NCBI GenBank assembly: GCA_046861395.1
Contig: JBHHUC010000001.1
Span: forward strand, 1 to 64,000
Direction: 5' to 3'
Length of the DNA stretch: 64,000 nt
Origin: Fidelibacterota bacterium
GTDB lineage: Bacteria; Fidelibacterota; Marinisomatia; Marinisomatales; JABMOV01
Shown: positions 58,753-64,000 of the stretch, piece by piece
How the letters are laid out: the number at the start of each line of letters is the position of its first letter
How positions within the stretch are numbered: the first letter of the stretch is position 1
Position numbers and translations under genes: made by a program
Notes under the pieces: model-generated
Told to the model about the DNA's origin: nothing
Seen by the model: only the letters and a program-made list of their open reading frames with translations
The model's database searches: none

Positions 58753-60106
58753 CTATAGCGCTAGGCACGAAACTTTTTGGCTGAAAGCCAAGAATGAAAT
58801 TAGAAATACACTCCCGGATCACGCGTTCAATACCTGGTTTGAGCCGGTCAATGCCATTGCCCTGACAAAAGATGAATTAATTCTTGAGGTCCCGAATCAG
58901 TTTTTTTATGAATGGCTAAAAAGTCATTATCAGGGGCTTCTGGAAAAAACCGTCAACCAGGCCGGGGAAAACAAGGTTGCCATAAAATTCACCGTATCAG
59001 CCTCGGCCTCAGAAAAGCCGGAATCATGGCAGCGCCTGCAACCGTCCGAGCCGGCACCACCGTCACGGCAACGGACACTGTTGAACAAGAAATACACCTT
59101 TTCCAATTTTATCGAAGGAAAGAATAACCAGTTTGCCAAGGCCGCGGCCCTGACAGTGGCGGAGTCGCCAGGACATGACCAATTCAACCCCCTGGTGATT
59201 TACGGCGGCGTGGGGTTGGGAAAAACCCACCTCTTGCACGCCATCGGAAACCAGATACAGGAAACCAAACCAGATGCCGCAGTGGTTCTGGCTCCCAGTG
59301 AAAAGTTCACCCGCGATTTTATTTCCAGTATCCGGAAAAACAAAACGGTTGAATTTGCCAAAATGTACCGCCGGGCCGATGTCCTTTTAATCGATGATAT
59401 TCAGTTTTTTCAGGGCAAGGAACAAACCCAGGAACAGTTTTTTCACACGTTTAATGATCTGTATCAGACGGGTAAGCAGATTGTCATGACCGCCGATCGT
59501 TACCCGGGAGAGCTGGACGGGTTGATGGACCGACTATTGTCCCGGTTCGAATCTGGATTATCGGTGGATATTCAGCCGCCCAGCTTTGAAACGCGTGTGG
59601 CCATCCTGATGGAAATGAGCGAAGAAAATGGAATGGAATTACCCTATAACCTGATAGAATTCATTGCCATGCATGTAAAATCCAGTGTCCGCGATATTGA
59701 AAGCACACTGATCCGTCTGTTAGCATACAGCTCTCTTTCCAAGGAAGAAATTGATCAGCGTCTGGTGAAAAAAGTTGTTCAAGAACGCCTGGGTAAAAGA
59801 TTAATTGCCGAAGTTTCTGCTGAAGATATTATCAAACGCGTTTCGGAGATTACTCATATACCGGAAAGGGAAATCATTGGAAAAAGCCGGAAAAAAAATA
59901 TTGCCGAAGCCCGTCATTTATCCATCTATTTGATACGAGACATCCTGAACATGCCACTCGTAAATATCGGTTTACACTTCAGCGGCCGGGACCACAGTAC
60001 CATCCTGCACGCCTGCCGGGCGATAGAGGAACGTATTCAAAAAGAGGATCGGATAAACAATACGGTGCAAACGCTCAAACAACAATTGATGGTAGTTTCC
60101 GGATGA
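58745..60106 (+). CDS. dnaA: chromosomal replication initiator DnaA
   Basis: FNTWF, YTFSNF, NPLVIYGGVGLGKTHL, LIDDIQF, RLLSRF, GRDHSTILHA. Confidence 0.98.
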   Translation: MDNYSARHETFWLKAKNEIRNTLPDHAFNTWFEPVNAIALTKDELILEVPNQFFYEWLKSHYQGLLEKTVNQAGENKVAIKFTVSASASEKPESWQRLQPSEPAPPSRQRTLLNKKYTFSNFIEGKNNQFAKAAALTVAESPGHDQFNPLVIYGGVGLGKTHLLHAIGNQIQETKPDAAVVLAPSEKFTRDFISSIRKNKTVEFAKMYRRADVLLIDDIQFFQGKEQTQEQFFHTFNDLYQTGKQIVMTADRYPGELDGLMDRLLSRFESGLSVDIQPPSFETRVAILMEMSEENGMELPYNLIEFIAMHVKSSVRDIESTLIRLLAYSSLSKEEIDQRLVKKVVQERLGKRLIAEVSAEDIIKRVSEITHIPEREIIGKSRKKNIAEARHLSIYLIRDILNMPLVNIGLHFSGRDHSTILHACRAIEERIQKEDRINNTVQTLKQQLMVVSG

Positions 60107-60168
60107 AAATTTTCCGCAAACCGGAATCGTGATTCAGCGCAAGCTTATTAATTTAGTTTATTATTCAC

Positions 60169-60198
60169 TTGACTGTTTTTCCGACAAAAAGTTATATT
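60169..60198 (+). promoter_or_regulatory. sigma70-type promoter
   Basis: TTGACT-N18-TATATT upstream of the AGGAGG RBS and ATG 60274. Confidence 0.5.
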
Positions 60199-60273
60199 GG
60201 CGACACTTTTCGCGTTTTAACCGTAGAGAATAGGCGCGAATAAAAAGTTTTTGAAACAAATAGGAGGTTCAGT

Positions 60274-63200
60274 ATGAGGCGCACGGTAATGATAGTTTTA
60301 TCTTTAGCGTTTCTTTGGTCAAGCTTCAGTTTGGCCGCGGATAAGAGCAGAGATCCGAAAAACAAAGACCAACAGGGAGCACATGAAGGCGTTGTGAAGG
60401 GTCCCGACCTTTCAATCCCAAAAGATTACAAAGATAATAAAGGCGGTATTAAATCGTGGTCCATTGAAGATTATTTAATAGTTACACCAAAGGACAAACA
60501 TAATGCGCTTTTGCAAAGAACTAACAAAAAAACAAGGAGCTACCACCCAGTAAGTAAAATAAAACCGGGACCAGAAAGCCTCCAAAAGAAAGACAAAAGA
60601 ACAGCGGAAATTTCTACCTGGGGTATAAAAGAATATATTGAAAACACGCCAGAGAGCAAAAATACAGCAATTATAAACAGACAAAAATCACCAAGTATTA
60701 CAAGAGGGGAAGCTCCCCAATACAGAGACGGTGTAAAATCAATTTCTGATTATTCTACAGACGAACTATTAAACATTACCCCCAGCAAAACAAAAAGAGA
60801 AGCGATTACCCACGCTAAAACGTTTGTGGTTGGTGGCAGCAGATCACACAACAATACAACAATAAGCCTTACAGTTGATGCTTGGGCATCAGAAGCATCG
60901 TGGAACTTGTATGACTCAACGGCAGGAGCCTACTACTATACAGCCAACCAAACCTTTGCCAGCGGGTATGAAACGCAGACTGTCGTACTAGACCTACTGC
61001 CAGGAACATATTCTATAGACGTCTGGGACAGTTATGGCGACGGAGGTGTTGCCGGAACCGTTACCGACGTAAACGGTGCTGTTTTAGTCTCATGGCTTGA
61101 CAGCGATTACAGTTCTTTTGGTCAATTTGGATTTGAGGTGTTTCCAAGAATGTTTGATGTCAATCTGTCACTTACAGTTGATACTTGGGCCTCAGAAGCA
61201 TCATGGAACTTGTACGACTCGACTGCGGGAGCTTACTATTATACAGCGAATCAGACCTTTACCTCTGGTGGGGAAACACAAAATGTTACAGTTAGCCTTG
61301 CTGGTGGTGTTTATTCCGTAGACGTTTGGGATAGTTATGGCGATGGTGGAATTGCAGGGACGGTTACCGACGCAAATGGAAACGTTTTGGTAACGTGGCT
61401 TGATGGAGACTATGCAGACTTTGGCCAGTTTGGATTTTCAATAGGACTGTTTAATACCACAATAGCGCTTACAGTTGATACTTGGGCCTCAGAGGCGTCA
61501 TGGAACTTGTACGACTCAACGTCAGGCACCTATTATTATACTACGAACCAAACCTTTACCACAGGTGGAGAAACGCAAACAATTGTGTTTCCACTACCCG
61601 CTGGCCATTACTCCGTAGACGTTTGGGATAGTTATGGCGACGGTGGAATTGCGGGGACGGTCACGGATGTAAATGGAAACGTTTTGGTAACGTGGCTTGA
61701 TGGAGACTATGCAGACTTTGGCCAGTTTGGGTTCGAAGTCCTTGTGCCCACAAACGCACCTGACCTCTTCTTTTCGGAGTATGTCGAGGGGAGCGGTAAT
61801 AATAAAGCATTAGAGGTATATAATCCTACAAACGACACACTAAACCTTGATAATTACTTAGTGTACACTAACTATAATGGAAATTCATGGACTGGAATTT
61901 ATACATTTCCAGCCGGGTTTTTATTAGCACCGGGAGATGTTTTTGTCGCTGCGAGTGCAGACGCAGACCCGGAGATATTACAAGCGGCAGATTCAGCCTA
62001 TGCTTATGGTGATGGTGCATTTATCACATCCTTTAATGGTGACGATGTTCGGGGTTTAGCAAGAATCGATGGCACAGACACAACATTTATAGACCTAATA
62101 GGTTTTTATGATATTAACGCTGATACATCAGAAGACCCCGGCTCCGGCTGGGATGTTGCCGGAACAGCTAATGCGACCTCCAATCACACTTTAATCAGGA
62201 AGCAAGATGTTATTTGGGGTAATACCAATTGGACAGCCTCGGCCGGAACAGATTCCGCCAACTCTGAATGGCTGGTCTTTCCGCAGGACTATTCCGCGAA
62301 CCTGGGCGGACACCCGGATGATCCCTGCTGGGGTAATGAGGTAAACTTGACGGTGACCTCGGTAAGTTGGGGAAGTGAAATCAATTTCTATCTTACCAAT
62401 GATCTTGGCGACACACTGATATCCTGCTTCGGATGTATGTCCAGCTATAGCACGTTCACGGAAACTTTCTGTCTCGCTGATGGTTTCTACACCTTCTGGG
62501 GCGCCGATGATTACGGCGACAGTTGGGGTACTGGTGCCGGCTTTGTCTTTACCGATGCCGATGGCAATGTCCTTGCCGCCGGCGACGGCCCAACCAGCGG
62601 CGACGGAACGAACTGGGTAAGTTGGACCTTTGGCGTTGGCGCAACGCCACCGGCTTTTGCTGCCAATATGTATTTCGATATGGGCGGACAGGCCGTTGGT
62701 GCTGGTGCCACAACGCAATCCCTGTACGTCACAAACCCGGGTGGGAGCGATTTAACCGTTTCTGCCGTGGAGGTCTCCGGTGATCCGTTCTCCTCAACTA
62801 CAACCTCATTCACCGTTCCAGGCGGAGCGACCTATCCTGTTGACGTATCTTTTGACCCTGCCACCCCTGATGATTTCGAAGGTTACATGGTGTTTACCAG
62901 CGATGCGGAAACAAGCCCCGATACGGTATGGCTCTTTGGCTTTGGCGTGGACGGCGTCTTCTTTGAGGACTTTGATCCGCCCACCGGATCCTACACGGAC
63001 CTGCCCATGGAAGGCTGGACAATTCTGGATAATAACGGTGATGCTGATTCCATCCCGCAACGGTATAAAACATGGTATCATGATGACTACGGTCTGGATG
63101 GAAGCGGAAACATGGTGGCCTACATGGGTTACAGCAACGGCTATTATGCCGATGAAACCCTGATCACACCCATGATCTCCGTTTCTGAACTGTCGGTAGT

Positions 63201-64000
63201 GGGTTTCTGGATGTACAACAACTATGACCGCGGTTACTTCCTGGATGTATCCTACTCTACCGATGGTACGACCTTCAACTATCTGACATCGGTGCCCATC
63301 CATGATTTCTACGAGTACGTGGAGGTCATCCTGCCAGAAGTTGCGGATCAGCAAATTGCATTCACCTTTGCACCGGACAGCGGAGGCTCCTATGCCTACC
63401 TGAATTTCGACGAAGTAACTGTCTCTGCCGCACCACCAGTGGGAACCATCATGGGTACCGTCACGAATCCCGGCGGCGCACCGATTGAAGGCGTAAATGT
63501 TGGAACGCCCTTCGGAGTCACTGTGACGGATGTTGCCGGTGACTATACTCTGAACTTTCAACCGGTAGGCCTGACGGAATTATGGTTTGATTTGCCCGGC
63601 TATCATCCAGCCTATTTCAATGTGGTGGTGGCAGACAGTGACACTACGGTTCAGGACCTGATCATGGTCCCAGACTCGGCGACCCAATCCACCATGTATT
63701 ACACCGGATTTGAAACAGGCGAAGACACGGGGCAAACCTTTGCCTGGAGCGGGACCCACGCCTTTACGGTTATGGATACTTTCATTACCGGCGTGGACAC
63801 AATCCTGCCGTCTTCCGGCGACTACATGCTGGTCTTCCCCGATTCCGGCGAAGCCTATGATAATAACGATTATGCCTACTGGCTGGGCAATGAATTCATT
63901 GACCTTACCGCCCTCATGGGCGGCGGTTTCCGCTTCCACTATTCGGCTTACATATCGACAGAAAGTGGTTGGGATTATGTCTATCCGGTTATGGCCCTGA
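60274..64000 (+). CDS. large secreted multidomain surface protein/adhesin (>1240 aa); 3' end runs off the window
   Basis: AGGAGG RBS. Frame reads open to the window end, so it is absent from the ORF track. Signal peptide MRRTVMIVLSLAFLWSSFSLA, three DSYGDG beta repeats, lamin-tail-like LFFSEYVEGSGNNKALEVYNP, Ig-like VTNPGGSDLTVS, cleaved-adhesin-like FFEDFD..GWTILDNNGD, carboxypeptidase-regulatory-like GTIMGTVTN. Confidence 0.85.
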   Translation, partial: MRRTVMIVLSLAFLWSSFSLAADKSRDPKNKDQQGAHEGVVKGPDLSIPKDYKDNKGGIKSWSIEDYLIVTPKDKHNALLQRTNKKTRSYHPVSKIKPGPESLQKKDKRTAEISTWGIKEYIENTPESKNTAIINRQKSPSITRGEAPQYRDGVKSISDYSTDELLNITPSKTKREAITHAKTFVVGGSRSHNNTTISLTVDAWASEASWNLYDSTAGAYYYTANQTFASGYETQTVVLDLLPGTYSIDVWDSYGDGGVAGTVTDVNGAVLVSWLDSDYSSFGQFGFEVFPRMFDVNLSLTVDTWASEASWNLYDSTAGAYYYTANQTFTSGGETQNVTVSLAGGVYSVDVWDSYGDGGIAGTVTDANGNVLVTWLDGDYADFGQFGFSIGLFNTTIALTVDTWASEASWNLYDSTSGTYYYTTNQTFTTGGETQTIVFPLPAGHYSVDVWDSYGDGGIAGTVTDVNGNVLVTWLDGDYADFGQFGFEVLVPTNAPDLFFSEYVEGSGNNKALEVYNPTNDTLNLDNYLVYTNYNGNSWTGIYTFPAGFLLAPGDVFVAASADADPEILQAADSAYAYGDGAFITSFNGDDVRGLARIDGTDTTFIDLIGFYDINADTSEDPGSGWDVAGTANATSNHTLIRKQDVIWGNTNWTASAGTDSANSEWLVFPQDYSANLGGHPDDPCWGNEVNLTVTSVSWGSEINFYLTNDLGDTLISCFGCMSSYSTFTETFCLADGFYTFWGADDYGDSWGTGAGFVFTDADGNVLAAGDGPTSGDGTNWVSWTFGVGATPPAFAANMYFDMGGQAVGAGATTQSLYVTNPGGSDLTVSAVEVSGDPFSSTTTSFTVPGGATYPVDVSFDPATPDDFEGYMVFTSDAETSPDTVWLFGFGVDGVFFEDFDPPTGSYTDLPMEGWTILDNNGDADSIPQRYKTWYHDDYGLDGSGNMVAYMGYSNGYYADETLITPMISVSELSVVGFWMYNNYDRGYFLDVSYSTDGTTFNYLTSVPIHDFYEYVEVILPEVADQQIAFTFAPDSGGSYAYLNFDEVTVSAAPPVGTIMGTVTNPGGAPIEGVNVGTPFGVTVTDVAGDYTLNFQPVGLTELWFDLPGYHPAYFNVVVADSDTTVQDLIMVPDSATQSTMYYTGFETGEDTGQTFAWSGTHAFTVMDTFITGVDTILPSSGDYMLVFPDSGEAYDNNDYAYWLGNEFIDLTALMGGGFRFHYSAYISTESGWDYVYPVMAL
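60853..61740 (+). repeat. three tandem ~300-bp intragenic domain repeats
   Basis: CTTACAGTTGAT anchors at 60868, 61171 and 61468 (periods 303 and 297). Each encodes LTVDxWASEASWNLYDST..YSxDVWDSYGDGG..FGQFGF. Confidence 0.92.

Noticed and set aside
60853..61740. CRISPR array or DGR template/variable repeat
   Set aside because: The repeats are ~300-bp in-frame protein domains without spacers. Differences are not adenine-specific, and no reverse transcriptase or cas gene is in the window.
60475..64000. Short ORF-track entries in 60.4-64 kb (e.g. 62191..62718, 62806..63561, 63580..63939)
   Set aside because: Antisense or out-of-frame shadows of the single long + strand ORF starting at 60274.

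Overview
Bacterial chromosome segment of about 50% GC spanning the replication-origin region. Gene content suggests an FCB-superphylum organism, possibly Ca. Marinimicrobia/Neomarinimicrobiota; this is inference only. Left to right: a window-truncated Lgt-like gene, ppdK and tnaA. Next is a self-contained 7-gene minus-strand operon (5.4-13 kb) with a flagellar-type stator (MotA/MotB, PomAB-like), a divergent FliG, a remodelled FliF-like protein (RBM3 only plus a ~160-aa coiled coil) and three exported TPR/beta-rich proteins. It has no switch, export, rod, hook or filament genes and is the best candidate here for an undescribed 'flagellum-less rotary motor'. Then follow peptide/amino-acid catabolism genes (M32, M1, M16, S9 peptidases, phhA), mutM, PDH (aceE-aceF-lpdA), a PAS histidine kinase, PFOR (nifJ) with a DHODH-like partner, psuG, yggS with a degenerate PNP-like gene, and gyrA-gyrB-dciA-recF-dnaN-arfB. 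A clear oriC-like element lies at ~47.75-48.09 kb. It is followed by surA-like-ppi-mfd-mnmG-mnmE-yidC-yidD-rpmH (two parS sites, no rnpA), dnaA ~11 kb from oriC/dnaN in the opposite orientation, and a large repeat-containing, compositionally mosaic secreted protein running off the right edge. No rRNA, tRNA, CRISPR array or mobile element was recognised.
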